Origin: Candidatus Caldarchaeales archaeon
Lineage (GTDB): Archaea; Thermoproteota; Nitrososphaeria_A; Caldarchaeales; Calditenuaceae
Direction: 5' to 3'
Assembly: GCA_039630085.1 (NCBI GenBank)
Contig: JBCNVM010000001.1
Span: 160,001-224,000 of the forward strand
DNA: 64,000 bases
The first letter of the stretch is position 1. Each line of letters begins with the position of its first letter. Below the pieces are notes generated by a model. The model worked only from the letters and a program-made list of their open reading frames with translations. It was not told the origin of the DNA and did not search any database. Shown here piece by piece: positions 39,891 through 50,269 of the stretch. Position numbers and translations under genes: made by a program.

Positions 39891-40424
39891 TCAACTCCCG
39901 CGGCTCAACCTCTCCCTTATCAGGCCGATGAGGAGCTCCACCGCCTCCTCCGGAGTCGAGGCGGATCTGATCAGCACGGTCCTCCGCTCGTCGAGGTACT
40001 TGTCCGCGAGCTCGTCCGCGACGCCTCCGCTCCCCCTCACGGCGACGATCGGCTTGCCCTCGATGTACGCGGCCGCGACCTCTGTCAGCGTTCCGGCACC
40101 GCCGCCCACGACGATCACGCCGTCGGAGGAGTAGACGTTCAGGAAGTTCCTGAGGTGGCCCATTCCGGTCGCTACGACTACGTCGCAGTAAGGGTTCGCC
40201 TCCTTCGTCTCCTTCTGCGGAATGATCCCGAGGACCAAGCCTCCTGCCTCGCTCGCGCCCCTGCTCGCGGCCTCCATCACGCCCCCGAGCCCTCCGGTCA
40301 CGAGGACCGCTCCCCTCCTCGCGACCTCCCTCCCCACCCTGTACGCTAGTTCCGCGGCCCTCTCGGTGCAGGTGTCCCTGTTGTACCCGACTACGAGGAC
40401 CTGCAGCCTCCTCCTCGAGTTCAT
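39891..40424 (-). CDS. LOG family protein (TIGR00725-like)
   Basis: TGGLGGVMEAA, TGMGHLRN, GGGAGTLTE. Confidence 0.88.
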   Translation of the reverse strand: MNSRRRLQVLVVGYNRDTCTERAAELAYRVGREVARRGAVLVTGGLGGVMEAASRGASEAGGLVLGIIPQKETKEANPYCDVVVATGMGHLRNFLNVYSSDGVIVVGGGAGTLTEVAAAYIEGKPIVAVRGSGGVADELADKYLDERRTVLIRSASTPEEAVELLIGLIRERLSRGS

Positions 40425-40612
40425 GTCGGGGAGGTCACCAGCTGTGCCGGCGATAAAGGGAACTCCAAGCTCAGAGGGTCCGGTCGGCCCTCCGGACGCG
40501 GATGTTCCCCGTCGTTCTCCCCGTCGAGAAGGAGAGGAGAGTCGGGAGAGCGGGAAGGGTCGAAGTTTCCGGGAAGACCTTAATAGAGAACGGGAGCGGA
40601 GTGGTGGCGAAG

Positions 40613-41050
40613 TTGCCGACGAGGTTCAGGAAGATCAGGAAGCTGAGGGGCTCTAGGACGGTCGGGTGGGGCCAGATAGGCCAGCACAGGAAGCACGGCG
40701 CGAAGGGAGGCCGAGGACGCGCGGGGATGCACAAGCACAAGTGGACCTACACGGTCAAGTACGCACCGGACCACTTCGGCGAGAAGGGGTTCGTTCCGCC
40801 GACGAGGAGGGAGGTGAGGGTCGCGACGCTGACCGAGCTCTCCGCGATCGCCGAGCGTCTGATGAGGGAGGGGGACGGGAGGAGGACCGAGGACGGGAGG
40901 CTCGTGGTCGACCTCAGGTCGATGGGCTACGACAAGCTGATCGGGTCCGGCGTCCTCTCGGTGAGGGGGCTGAAGGTCGTGGTGGACAGGTGGACCGAGT
41001 CGGCTGCGAGGAAGCTCGCCGAGGCGGGGTCTGCGGTCGCGGGTGGCTGA
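40613..41050 (+). CDS. rpl15: 50S ribosomal protein uL15
   Basis: RKLRGSRTVGWG, GGRGRAGMHKHKW, GYDKLIGSG. Confidence 0.93.
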   Translation: MPTRFRKIRKLRGSRTVGWGQIGQHRKHGAKGGRGRAGMHKHKWTYTVKYAPDHFGEKGFVPPTRREVRVATLTELSAIAERLMREGDGRRTEDGRLVVDLRSMGYDKLIGSGVLSVRGLKVVVDRWTESAARKLAEAGSAVAGG

Positions 41051-42491
41051 GTTGTCCGAGGAGGCCACAGGCTTCAGGAGGGCCTTCGAGGCGATCTCGA
41101 GGGGAATACCCGAGGTGAGGAAGCCGGGGAGGAAGCTCTCCCTCGGCCAGAAGCTGATCTGGTCGGCCCTTGCGCTGGTGATCTACGAGTCGATGTCCTC
41201 GGTCACGCTCTACGGCCTCCCGCAGGAGTTCACCGGCGGCGTGAGCCCCACGCTCCTCAGCATCATCTTCGCCTCGAGCGTCGGGACCCTTACGACCCTG
41301 GGGATAGGCCCTATAGTGACCGCGGGCCTGATACTGCAGCTCCTGGTCGGAGCGGAGATCATCAGGCTCGACCTCAAGAAGCCCGAGGACAGGAGGCTCT
41401 TCACCGCCGCGAGCAGGCTCCTGACGCTGGTGATCGCGCTCTTCCAAGGAGCGGTCTACGTCTACGCCGGGTTCTTCGGGAACGTCGACCCCCGGGTCGC
41501 TCCCCTGCTCTTCGCCCAGCTGGTACTGGCCACGTTCATCGTCATGCTCCTCGACGAGACCGTCCAGAAGTGGGGCCTCGGGAGCGGAATATCCCTCTTC
41601 ATCGCGGCCGGAGTCGCGGGTCAGATCTTCAACGACCTCTTCTCGCCCTTCGTCCTCCAGGACGGCTACTACCACGGAGTTCTCCTCGCGCTCGGTCAGG
41701 CGATCGTCGAGGGGAAGCCTATCGGCGAAGTCTTCGTTAGGCAGGTGGGAGGTAGGGGCGACCTCCTCGGGCTGATCTCCACGGCCGCGATCATAGGGCT
41801 CCTGATCTACGCAGAAGGGGTCAGGGTCGAGATCCCGGTTGCGCACTCGAGGGCCGCGGGATACAGGGGGACCTACCCGGTGAAGCTGCTCTACGTCTCG
41901 AACGTGCCGGTCATCCTCGCCTCGACGATCTTCACCAACGTCTACTACATCGCATCGATCGTCTGGTCGAGGTTCAACCCCAACAACGAGAACCAGCTCC
42001 TCAACCTGCTCGGGACCTTCAGGATCCCGGAGGAGGGCCAGCAGCCCGTTCCCACCGGAGGGCTCGCGTACTACGTGATGGGCCCGACGTCTTACACCGA
42101 CGCAGTCGCCGACCCGGTCAGGTCGGTCGCCTTCGTGCTGCTGATGGTCGGGACCTGCGTCGCGCTCGGCAAGTTTTGGATCTCGGTCGCGGGCCTCTCG
42201 CCGGAGAAGATCGCGGAGCAGCTGATCAGCTCCGGGATGCAGGTGCCAGGTTTCAGGAGGGCGCCGACCGTCGTCGCCGCGATCATCAGGAGGTACATCG
42301 ACGTCGTCACGATCATCGGGTCGGTCATCGTCGGGCTCCTGGCGAGCGCCGCGGGCTACGTCAACGCCTTCGGGACCGGGACCGGCCTCCTGCTGATGAT
42401 CGGGATCCTCTACCAGTACTACACGCTGCTGCTGAGGGAGAGGATCGTCGAGATGTACCCGGCCATCTCGAGGGTCCTCGGTGAGGCGTGA
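41043..42491 (+). CDS. secY: Preprotein translocase subunit SecY
   Basis: LGIGPIVTAG, KWGLGSGISLFI, YPVKLLYVSNVP, PGFRR, GTGLLL. Confidence 0.96.
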   Translation: MAELSEEATGFRRAFEAISRGIPEVRKPGRKLSLGQKLIWSALALVIYESMSSVTLYGLPQEFTGGVSPTLLSIIFASSVGTLTTLGIGPIVTAGLILQLLVGAEIIRLDLKKPEDRRLFTAASRLLTLVIALFQGAVYVYAGFFGNVDPRVAPLLFAQLVLATFIVMLLDETVQKWGLGSGISLFIAAGVAGQIFNDLFSPFVLQDGYYHGVLLALGQAIVEGKPIGEVFVRQVGGRGDLLGLISTAAIIGLLIYAEGVRVEIPVAHSRAAGYRGTYPVKLLYVSNVPVILASTIFTNVYYIASIVWSRFNPNNENQLLNLLGTFRIPEEGQQPVPTGGLAYYVMGPTSYTDAVADPVRSVAFVLLMVGTCVALGKFWISVAGLSPEKIAEQLISSGMQVPGFRRAPTVVAAIIRRYIDVVTIIGSVIVGLLASAAGYVNAFGTGTGLLLMIGILYQYYTLLLRERIVEMYPAISRVLGEA

Positions 42492-42979
42492 TGCCCCTCA
42501 CGGTCCAGGCGGTCGAGATCGCGCTCCTCTCGCTCGGGCTCTCGCTGGCCTCCTCGCTCCTCAGGAGGTTCACCTTCTCCAAGGAGGACATGATGCTGAT
42601 GGCCGAGGCACAGAGGTTCCAGAGGGAGATGCTGAGGGCGGTTAGGGAGAGGGACTCGAAGGCCCTGAGCAGGCTCGAGAAGCAGAAGGACTACTACCAG
42701 AGAGTCCAAGGTCGGCTGATGGGGAAGAACCTGGCGCTGATGCTCGCGTCGATGGCGCTCTACCTTGGGTTCTTCAGCTGGGCCGCGGGCCACTACGGCG
42801 AGGCCAGAGTCCTGAGGGTCCCCGAGGGCTTCGCGATCCCCCTGCTCACCGTCGACGGCGGCATGACCTGGTTCGGTTGGTACCTCTTGACGGCCCTTGC
42901 CTTCGGCACCATGCTCAACAGGGTCATCAATCCTATGCCGGTCGTGGAGCAGCGCCCTCCGGCCAAGAGGCCCGACTGA
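42488..42979 (+). CDS. DUF106 / EMC3-TMCO1 (Oxa1 superfamily) membrane protein
   Basis: TM, coiled coil, TM, then WFGWYLL; conserved position after secY. Confidence 0.78.
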   Translation: MMPLTVQAVEIALLSLGLSLASSLLRRFTFSKEDMMLMAEAQRFQREMLRAVRERDSKALSRLEKQKDYYQRVQGRLMGKNLALMLASMALYLGFFSWAAGHYGEARVLRVPEGFAIPLLTVDGGMTWFGWYLLTALAFGTMLNRVINPMPVVEQRPPAKRPD

Positions 42980-43036
42980 CCGGTCCTCCGGGGCTGCGGT
43001 TAGACTTATCAGGCGTCGTTCTCCCCGGTCACGGCA

Positions 43037-44263
43037 TTGGAGTCGCTCGAGGCCGAGATAAGGCGGAACTCCAGGATACTGATGGCGCACCAAGCGATAA
43101 CTGCCCTCGCGATCCAGTCGGTGGTCTCGCTGGGCCCGCTCGCGATGTTCGAGATGACCCGGTCGCCGGTCCTCTCCGGTCTGGTCTCCGCGATCACCTG
43201 GGGAGGGAGGCTCTCGGTGGTCGTCCAGTCGGGCGTCCTGATGGACAGGCTCGGCAGGAGGAAGGTGCTCGCGGCCGGGACGCTTCCCGCGTTCCTCGGG
43301 ACGCTGGCCGTCTCCTGGGCCGCGCTCGCCGGCGACCCGGTGCTGATGGTCCTAGGCCTAGGGGCCTTCGGCGTCGGAGCAGGAATAGCGATGCAGAACA
43401 GGGTCGCGATGGCCGACATGTTCCCGCCACGTCGCAGGTCCTACGCGGTAGGAGTGCTATACACTGCCAGCGTCGTCGGCAGCCTGGCGGCTCCGGCAAT
43501 CACGTGGGCCGGGGAGTCCCTCGAGGGAGTGACCTCGTTGAGGCCCTACGTCTTCGTCTGGCTGGCCTGCGGGGCCCTAGTCCTCCTCTGCCTCCCGCTC
43601 GTCCTCGGCATGAGGGTCGACCCGAAGGAGATAGCCCGGACGGTCGAGGACGGACGCGGCGACTCCGGAGTACCGAACGGCGGTTCGTTGGAGGGCCCGG
43701 TTCACGTGTCGCCGCTGGTCGCGGTCTTCATCTCCTCCGCCGCCTCGCAGGGCAACATGGTCATGATGATGGGCCTCTCCTCTCTGTACCTCTTCGACCT
43801 CGGCTACTCCCAGACGCTGGTCTCCCTGGCCGTGACCGTGCACGTAATCGGAATGTTCGGCTTCTCGACGCTGCTCGGCCGACTCTCGGACTCCGTGGGC
43901 AGGAGACCGGTCTTGGCTGCGGGGCTAGTCGTCTCGGGGCTCGGCTCGCTCGCGATCCCCCTCACGGCGGACCACCTGGTCGTGGACCTGGGAATGTTCC
44001 TCATCGGGCTGGGATGGAGCGCGGTCGTCGTCTCCTCGACGGCGCTGATACCGGAGCTGGTCCCGTTGGGCGTGAGGGGCAGGTACTTCGGCCTGAACGA
44101 CGTCGTCATGGGTTTCAGCTCGCTCGCGCTGCCCCTTCTCGGCGGCGCGGTGGTCACCTCCCAAGGCTTCCTCCAGCTCGGGCTTCTGGGACTGGCCGCG
44201 TCCCTCGCGCCGCTGCCGCTGCTCTCGCAGAGGGCGGGGCTCTTCAGGGACATCCGCAAGTAA
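43037..44263 (+). CDS. MFS transporter
   Basis: About 12 TM segments; GVLMDRLGRR and GRLSDSVGRR motif A. Confidence 0.9.
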   Translation: MESLEAEIRRNSRILMAHQAITALAIQSVVSLGPLAMFEMTRSPVLSGLVSAITWGGRLSVVVQSGVLMDRLGRRKVLAAGTLPAFLGTLAVSWAALAGDPVLMVLGLGAFGVGAGIAMQNRVAMADMFPPRRRSYAVGVLYTASVVGSLAAPAITWAGESLEGVTSLRPYVFVWLACGALVLLCLPLVLGMRVDPKEIARTVEDGRGDSGVPNGGSLEGPVHVSPLVAVFISSAASQGNMVMMMGLSSLYLFDLGYSQTLVSLAVTVHVIGMFGFSTLLGRLSDSVGRRPVLAAGLVVSGLGSLAIPLTADHLVVDLGMFLIGLGWSAVVVSSTALIPELVPLGVRGRYFGLNDVVMGFSSLALPLLGGAVVTSQGFLQLGLLGLAASLAPLPLLSQRAGLFRDIRK

Positions 44264-44299
44264 ATTAGGCGGTCGTGTCCGACGGCAGCCCGAGGGAGG

Positions 44300-44587
44300 A
44301 TGCCGACGAGGGCTCTCCGGACGAGGTCGATCAGGAGGGTCAAGGTGAGGACGCCTGCGGGGAGGACCGCGGTCCACTACGAGCCGAAGAGGCCGAAACC
44401 GAGGAGGTGCGGGAGGTGCGGCAGGCCGATAGCCGGAGTCCCGCGGGACGACGTCAGGCCGATCCCGAAGTCCCAGAAGAGGGTGTCGAGGTACCACGGC
44501 GGCAACGTCTGCCACGAGTGCCTCGAGAGGAGGATCGAGGAGGCGGTCGCGGCGGAGTGGGGCCCGTCGGTCACCGGGTCGACCTGA
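44300..44587 (+). CDS. rpl34e: 50S ribosomal protein eL34
   Basis: VRTPAGR, CGRCG, KSQKRVSRYHGGNVCHEC. Confidence 0.92.
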   Translation: MPTRALRTRSIRRVKVRTPAGRTAVHYEPKRPKPRRCGRCGRPIAGVPRDDVRPIPKSQKRVSRYHGGNVCHECLERRIEEAVAAEWGPSVTGST

Positions 44588-45152
44588 CGTAGGACCTGAC
44601 CGCGGTCAGTGCGATCCTCAGCACGTCCTCCTTCGAGAGGTCGGTCGTGTCCAGGACCAAGTGGAAGGGCTCGAGGTCCTCCCCCCACCTTATCCCGTAG
44701 ATCTCCCGGTAGAGCGTCCTGTTCCTCTCCTCCCTCTCCCTCAGCACCCTCAGCGCATCCTCGTAGGGCATCCTGCCCCTCCTCGCGAGCCTTTTGGCCC
44801 TCACCTCCAGCGACGCCTTCAGCCAGATCTTGTAGCCCTCGTCCATCAGCCAGGGCAGGACCCAGCTGTCGATGACCGCGGGCCGCTCCTCCGCGATCCT
44901 CATCAGCTCCTGGTCGACCATCCTGTCGAAATCGAAGTTCGCCTCCCTCTCCGCGAGGAACTTCATCCCCTCGGGAGTGTCCCACCACTTCCTCCCCTTC
45001 GCGTCGTAGCCCATCCTCCTCGCCAGCCTCATCAGCGCGTCCCCGCCCGAGTAGTACCTGACGCCGAGCCTCCTCGCGAGGGCCTTCCCGAGCGTGCTCT
45101 TCCCGGTAGCCGCCTGTCCGCTGATCAGGACGACCACCTTCGCCCCCGCCAC
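44571..45152 (-). CDS. cmk: Cytidylate kinase (archaeal type)
   Basis: ISGQAATGKST, IWLKASLEVRAKR, LYREIYGI, LVLDT. Confidence 0.85.
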   Translation of the reverse strand: MAGAKVVVLISGQAATGKSTLGKALARRLGVRYYSGGDALMRLARRMGYDAKGRKWWDTPEGMKFLAEREANFDFDRMVDQELMRIAEERPAVIDSWVLPWLMDEGYKIWLKASLEVRAKRLARRGRMPYEDALRVLREREERNRTLYREIYGIRWGEDLEPFHLVLDTTDLSKEDVLRIALTAVRSYVRSTR

Positions 45153-45173
45153 GCCGTCCGGTCCTCGAGCCTT

Positions 45174-46076
45174 CTAAAATGGGTCGCGGCCGGCCCTCTC
45201 TAGTATCGACTCGACCCCGGCCCTCAGCCTCGAGAGCTCCTCCTCCCTCAGCGGCCTCACCGGCTCCGGTGAGGGCCCCAGGTCGATCCCCCTGAGCCTG
45301 AGCGCGGACCTCTGCGTCTCCATCTCGAGCCCTATCGAGTCGAAGAGGCTCGAGGCCTCGTTGATCAGCTCCTGGAGCTCGAGGGCCCTCTCCGCGTCTC
45401 CCCGCCTCACCGCTCCGTGCAGCTCGACCGCGAGCTCCGGGAAGACCGACGAGAGCCCGCTGACGACGCACCTCGCGCCGATGGAGAACGCGAAGAGCAT
45501 CAGCCTGTCGGCCCCGATCGCCACCATCTTCCTCCCCCTGAACCTCCTCACCAGGGAGACCGCGATCGCCGGGTCGCCGCTGCTGTCCTTGATCCCCTGG
45601 ACGTTCGCGACATCCTCAAGGATGGAGGCCAGCGTCCCCGGCGCGACGGAGTAGCCCTGCCTCGAGGGTATGTTGTAGAGGAGCACCGGTATCCCCGAGA
45701 GCTCCGCGAGCCTCCTGTAGTACCTCGTCAGGGTCTCGGCGTCGGGCCTGTAGTAGAAGGGCGCGACCGCGGCCGCGGCGGAGGCGCCGATGTCGTTCGC
45801 GTGCCTGAGTAGCGCCACGACCGCGTCCATGTCGGAGGACCCCACGTGGACGACCGCGAGCTCTCCGGACCTGACAGACTCGACCGCCTTCTCCGCGACC
45901 CTCATCCGGTGCTCGACGCCGTGCCTCGGGCCCTCCCCCCACGTGCCCAAGACGAAGAAGCCCCTGACCCCGGCCCTCCTGAGGAAGTCGTAGTACTCCG
46001 GGAGCCTGTCGAGGTAGCCCCTCGACGGCGTCAGCGCCGCAGCTATCACGCCCTCGAAGGAGGCCAGACCGGCCAC
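45174..46076 (-). CDS. Dihydrodipicolinate synthase / KDG aldolase family protein
   Basis: GTWGE, APFYY, LYNIP, GIKDSSG Schiff-base lysine. Confidence 0.88.
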   Translation of the reverse strand: MAGLASFEGVIAAALTPSRGYLDRLPEYYDFLRRAGVRGFFVLGTWGEGPRHGVEHRMRVAEKAVESVRSGELAVVHVGSSDMDAVVALLRHANDIGASAAAAVAPFYYRPDAETLTRYYRRLAELSGIPVLLYNIPSRQGYSVAPGTLASILEDVANVQGIKDSSGDPAIAVSLVRRFRGRKMVAIGADRLMLFAFSIGARCVVSGLSSVFPELAVELHGAVRRGDAERALELQELINEASSLFDSIGLEMETQRSALRLRGIDLGPSPEPVRPLREEELSRLRAGVESILERAGRDPF

Positions 46077-46136
46077 AGATGTCGGCCGCTGCCTGGCCCT
46101 ATTTGTCTTTCCTGCGAGGCCCGAGCCCGTCGACCT

Positions 46137-46931
46137 TCAGAACGCCCTCCTCCTCAGGGACCTCTCGGTCAGAGCGAGCGCCAGCAGTCCCAGCGCGAGC
46201 AGCGAGGCGACGGAAGCAGAAGACGTCAGGGCGAGCTCCGCGTCGGTCAGCGGGAGGGATGCGGTCCCTACGACGGCCCTCCTGAGGGCCTCGAAGGGGT
46301 GGGCGAAGGGCGAGAGGATGACCGCGGACCTGAACCGGTCGGGGAAGAGCTCAGGTGGTATCATCCCGGAGGTCGCCGGGAGGACGAACTGGAGCGCGTT
46401 GATCACGACCCACGCGTGCCTCATCCTGAGGAAGACCGAGCCGACCGTCATCGAGAGCGCCACTAGGGCCAAGTGGAGCGCGAGGAACGCCGCGAGGGTC
46501 CGGATCGGGTCGACCGCGGATGGAGGGAACCCCAGGAGCGACGACATCGCCGCGTAGGAGGCGGCCATCGCGGGAGCCGTGAAGAGCGCGGAGACCAATC
46601 CCCTGGAGACCATCATGACGGGGAGGCGGCCGTTGGAGAGGACGCAGGCGTGGAGCGTCCCCTCGTCCCTCGCCTGGACCAAGAAGCTGCCGACGTTCCA
46701 GAGGACCGTAGAGGCGACGACGAAGTAGCCCGCGCCGAGCGCCAAGGCCCTGGCCTGGGAGACGTCCGAGATCACGGAGGGCGAGTGGATCGCGAAGGTC
46801 AGCCCTATCCCGATCGCCCAGACTGGAGACGAGAGCATCCCGACGAGCATCCACGTCGACCTCCTGTTGGTGATCGAGAAGGCCCAGAGGAAGGCCTTCA
46901 GCTCACTCGGTAACGACCTCGTACCTGCCAC
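46137..46931 (-). CDS. ABC-2 type exporter permease
   Basis: About 6 TM; RDEGTL, SGMIPP, SPFAHPFEALR. Confidence 0.8.
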   Translation of the reverse strand: MAGTRSLPSELKAFLWAFSITNRRSTWMLVGMLSSPVWAIGIGLTFAIHSPSVISDVSQARALALGAGYFVVASTVLWNVGSFLVQARDEGTLHACVLSNGRLPVMMVSRGLVSALFTAPAMAASYAAMSSLLGFPPSAVDPIRTLAAFLALHLALVALSMTVGSVFLRMRHAWVVINALQFVLPATSGMIPPELFPDRFRSAVILSPFAHPFEALRRAVVGTASLPLTDAELALTSSASVASLLALGLLALALTERSLRRRAF

Positions 46932-47715
46932 CCCTCCTCACGCTCCGCTCGAGCCTGCTGTAAAGCACGTAGGAGAAGGCGCTGTAGGCCAGCACGACCG
47001 CCGCGAACGGCAACAGCCTCGAGGGCTCCATCATCCCCAAGAGGACCGCTCCCCTCACGACCTCCGCGACGTGGGTCTGGGGCAGCAGCGTCGCCAGTGC
47101 TTGGACGACCGCGGGGAACACGGTGAGCGGGTAGGCGACGCCGGTGAATGTGTAGACGATCGAGGAGACCAGGTCTATCAGGGCCTCGGTCCTCAGGAGG
47201 AGCACGACCACCGCGACCACCACCGCGAAGAGGAAGATCGGGACCAGACCCAGGACCAGGACGAGCATCGCGGGGAGGAAGTGGGGGAGCGCGTCCGGCG
47301 CCCTGGCCTGAACGAACGGCACGGTGACCGCGACGTAGTAGAAGAGCGACATCAGTGTCGTGATGACGAACCTCCCCGCCACGACGACCCTGAAGTCCGT
47401 GGAGGTGGTCTGGAGCTGCTCGAGCTTCCCGCCCCTCCCCAGCTCTATCACGAACTGACCTATCGCCCAGCTCATCCCTATGCTCAGGAAGAGGATCGGC
47501 ATCCCCGCGACCTGGTAGAGGACCGAGTCGCCGTAGCCTGCGAGCCGCGCGAACTCCTGCTCCTCCCTCCTCAGGGCCGACCCGATGACGAAGAAGAGCG
47601 CCTGGAAGGACCCCATGACCAGCAGCATCAGAGGGAGCTCTCCGGACCTGGCCATCGTCTTCAGGTCGGCCTCCACGACCGCGGCGAACGGCCTGAGCGC
47701 CCTAGCCGCCCGCAC
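46903..47715 (-). CDS. ABC-2 type exporter permease
   Basis: About 6 TM; GKLEQL, TGVAYPLTVFP, LLPQTH. Confidence 0.82.
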   Translation of the reverse strand: MRAARALRPFAAVVEADLKTMARSGELPLMLLVMGSFQALFFVIGSALRREEQEFARLAGYGDSVLYQVAGMPILFLSIGMSWAIGQFVIELGRGGKLEQLQTTSTDFRVVVAGRFVITTLMSLFYYVAVTVPFVQARAPDALPHFLPAMLVLVLGLVPIFLFAVVVAVVVLLLRTEALIDLVSSIVYTFTGVAYPLTVFPAVVQALATLLPQTHVAEVVRGAVLLGMMEPSRLLPFAAVVLAYSAFSYVLYSRLERSVRRGGRYEVVTE

Positions 47716-48664
47716 CTCCCACCGCCCTCACGAAGGCCTCCTCCAAGGTCGGCTCCCTGACGGTCACGGAGCGCACCATGACCGACCTGCTCCTCAGCTC
47801 CGAGACGATCGTCGGTATCAGCTCGGCAGGGTCGGCGTCGACGGCGATCTTCAGCACCGAGTTCCCCCTCTCGCTGACCGAGGCCTCGGCATGCCAGGGA
47901 AGCCCCTCGAGGGCCAGATCCCCCTCCACCTCCAGCTCCACGTACCACTTCAGCCCGAAGGCCCTCTTCACCTCTGCCGGGGGACCGAGCGCGACCAGCC
48001 TCCCCCTGTTGATGACCGCGACCTCGTCGCAGACCTGTTCCACCTCCCAGAGGTTGTGTGATGTTACCAGCAGCGCCTTCCCCTCCCTCCCGAGCCTCCT
48101 CAGCATCGACCTCACCTCCCTCGCGGAGATCGGGTCGAGCCCGCTCGTGGGCTCGTCGAAGATCAGGACCTCCGGGTCGTGTATCAGGGCCCTGCAGATC
48201 GCGAGCCTCGCCCTCATGCCCTTCGAGAAGCCCTCGACCAGTCTGTCCTCGGAGCCCTCGAGCCCCATCTCCCTCAGGAGCTTCAGGCCCCTCGACCTGG
48301 CCTCGGACCTCGGGAGGCCCTGGAGCATCCCGTAGAAGGTGAGGTTCTCGAGCGCGGTCAGCCTGAGGAAGTGGCCCCTGTCGGGGTCCAGGACCACTCC
48401 TATCCTCTCCCTCACCCTCCTCGGCTCCCTGATCGCGTCGTGCCCCGCGACCGTGACCTCGCCCTCGTCGGGGAGGACTAGCGTGCTGACTATCCTGACC
48501 GTCGTGGTCTTCCCGGCTCCGTTGGGCCCCAGCAGCCCGAAGACCCTGCCGTATCCGACCTCGAAGGAGAGGCCGTCCAGCGCCCTGACCTCCCTGTCCC
48601 TCCTAAGCAGCCCTCCCTCCCTGTAGGTCTTCACGAGCCCCCTCGCCGAGATCGCGACCTCCAT
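47702..48664 (-). CDS. ABC exporter ATP-binding protein
   Basis: GPNGAGKTT, FSKGM, FDEPTSGLD, EPTLEEAF. Confidence 0.92.
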   Translation of the reverse strand: MEVAISARGLVKTYREGGLLRRDREVRALDGLSFEVGYGRVFGLLGPNGAGKTTTVRIVSTLVLPDEGEVTVAGHDAIREPRRVRERIGVVLDPDRGHFLRLTALENLTFYGMLQGLPRSEARSRGLKLLREMGLEGSEDRLVEGFSKGMRARLAICRALIHDPEVLIFDEPTSGLDPISAREVRSMLRRLGREGKALLVTSHNLWEVEQVCDEVAVINRGRLVALGPPAEVKRAFGLKWYVELEVEGDLALEGLPWHAEASVSERGNSVLKIAVDADPAELIPTIVSELRSRSVMVRSVTVREPTLEEAFVRAVGGAGG

Positions 48665-48746
48665 CCGCGCTCGGTCGCTCCGCGGCGAATATCAACCCTC
48701 GGGAGTCCGGCAACCCTAGATAGTCGGCGCTCCAGAGCTCCGGCGC

Positions 48747-49388
48747 TTGGGGACGGAGGACCTGCTCATGGCCCTGGGGATCGAGGAGGGCGTCGTCTAC
48801 GAGTTCGTCTGCACGACCTTCTCCCCCGACGGCTCGCCTCACGCCTCCGCGATGGGCTGCACGTTCCTCAGGGACTCAGGAGGGCTCTCGACTGCCTCGA
48901 AGCTCTCGAGGGCCAGCAGGACCGCCGCGAACGTCCTCGCGAGGAGGTGCTTCGCCCTGAACGTCGTCCACCCGGAGGCCGTCGTGGAGGCCGCGCTGGA
49001 CTTGGGCGTCCTAGAGATGGAGTTCGAGGCCGCCGAGTCGGTCGACGCCCCGAGGCTCAGGGGCGCCGCGGCCGTGATCGAGTGCTCCGTCGTCGATGTC
49101 TCCGAGGACAACGACTGGTTCCACGTCCGCTCCAGACCTGTGCGCGTCTCGGTCCTGGGATCCCTGCTGAGGCCCTTCTCGAGGGGGCACGCGGCCCTGC
49201 TCGAGGCCGCGGTCCACGCCTCGAGGATACGGGTCTACGAGGGGCTCGGCGAGCCGGAGAAGGCGGGGGAGCTGAGATCCAGGGTCTCCGCACTCCTGGA
49301 GAGCGCGGTGAGGCTGGCGCCCACGCCGACGGTCGTCGCCCAGAGCAGGGCCATCAGGTCGAGGTACCTCCGGATCCAAGGGCCCTGA
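48747..49388 (+). CDS. DUF447 family / flavin reductase-like split-barrel protein
   Basis: YEFVCTT..DGSPHASAMG, SRTAANV, FSRGHAALLEAAVHASR. Confidence 0.78.
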   Translation: MGTEDLLMALGIEEGVVYEFVCTTFSPDGSPHASAMGCTFLRDSGGLSTASKLSRASRTAANVLARRCFALNVVHPEAVVEAALDLGVLEMEFEAAESVDAPRLRGAAAVIECSVVDVSEDNDWFHVRSRPVRVSVLGSLLRPFSRGHAALLEAAVHASRIRVYEGLGEPEKAGELRSRVSALLESAVRLAPTPTVVAQSRAIRSRYLRIQGP

Positions 49389-49435
49389 CGCGGTCTCGGG
49401 ATATGCACAAATAGCTTCCGGGGCGTCGAGCGTCC

Positions 49436-50218
49436 GTGGTGACTCTGGCTGAACTGCTCCCGCGGTGCGGTCTCGTCGTCCGCGGACCTGCGGCCCGTTC
49501 GCTCGAGGGGTTCGAGGTCCCCGTGGGCTTCGTCGGGCCTCCCGAGTCGGACTTGGTCGTCCCCGGCGATCTCAGGGAACCGGCGCTCTACCTCATCGGC
49601 CGTCAGGCGCTGGTCGAGTCCCACGAGGTCGTCCTCGCGCTGGGCCTGGGGCTGAGGGAGCTCGCGGAGCTGGACGCCCGGCACGCGGCGGTGCTGGTCC
49701 GCTTCGTCGGTCCCGAGGGCCTCGAAGCTCAGGTCGGAGGGCTCGGAGGCCCCTGGCAGGTCGAGGGCGGAGCGGCTTCGGCCGTTCTACTCGCCTTCGC
49801 GAAGCTCGCGTCCCTTATGTGCTCCGAGGTCCTGAGCGAGTCGGGGGTGAGGTCCGAGGCCCTGAGCAGGGTCGCGAGGGAGGAGTCGGAGTCGATCGAG
49901 GCCCTCATCGGGTCCGTCGGCAGGTCGCTGGTCGGGTCCGCCCAAGCCGGACTCTTCGGCGCGCTGCAGGGCCTGAGGCCGCTTCTCGAGCGGTGGTTCC
50001 TGGTCGAGGGGGAGGCGAACAGGGCCGCTTCTGTCCTGCTGGGAGGCGGGACTTCCGAGGACTCCGTCGAGCTCGGGTCGGGAAGGCTCGCCTCGATCCA
50101 GGAGGAGTTCCACCTGAGGAGGGTCAACGCGCTCCGGTCGATGGGCCTGGACCTGCTCGAGGCCCAGAAAATCGCCGAGCTGCCCGGGGGCACCGTCAAG
50201 CCGGGCTGGGGGTGCTGA
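49436..50218 (+). CDS. Hypothetical protein
   Basis: 260 aa ORF filling the gap with typical codon usage; no confident family. Confidence 0.55.
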   Translation: MVTLAELLPRCGLVVRGPAARSLEGFEVPVGFVGPPESDLVVPGDLREPALYLIGRQALVESHEVVLALGLGLRELAELDARHAAVLVRFVGPEGLEAQVGGLGGPWQVEGGAASAVLLAFAKLASLMCSEVLSESGVRSEALSRVAREESESIEALIGSVGRSLVGSAQAGLFGALQGLRPLLERWFLVEGEANRAASVLLGGGTSEDSVELGSGRLASIQEEFHLRRVNALRSMGLDLLEAQKIAELPGGTVKPGWGC

Positions 50219-50269
50219 TCCCGGGACGTCGCGGAGCAGATTAATCTGGGCGCGATCGCTCTCCGGAGC

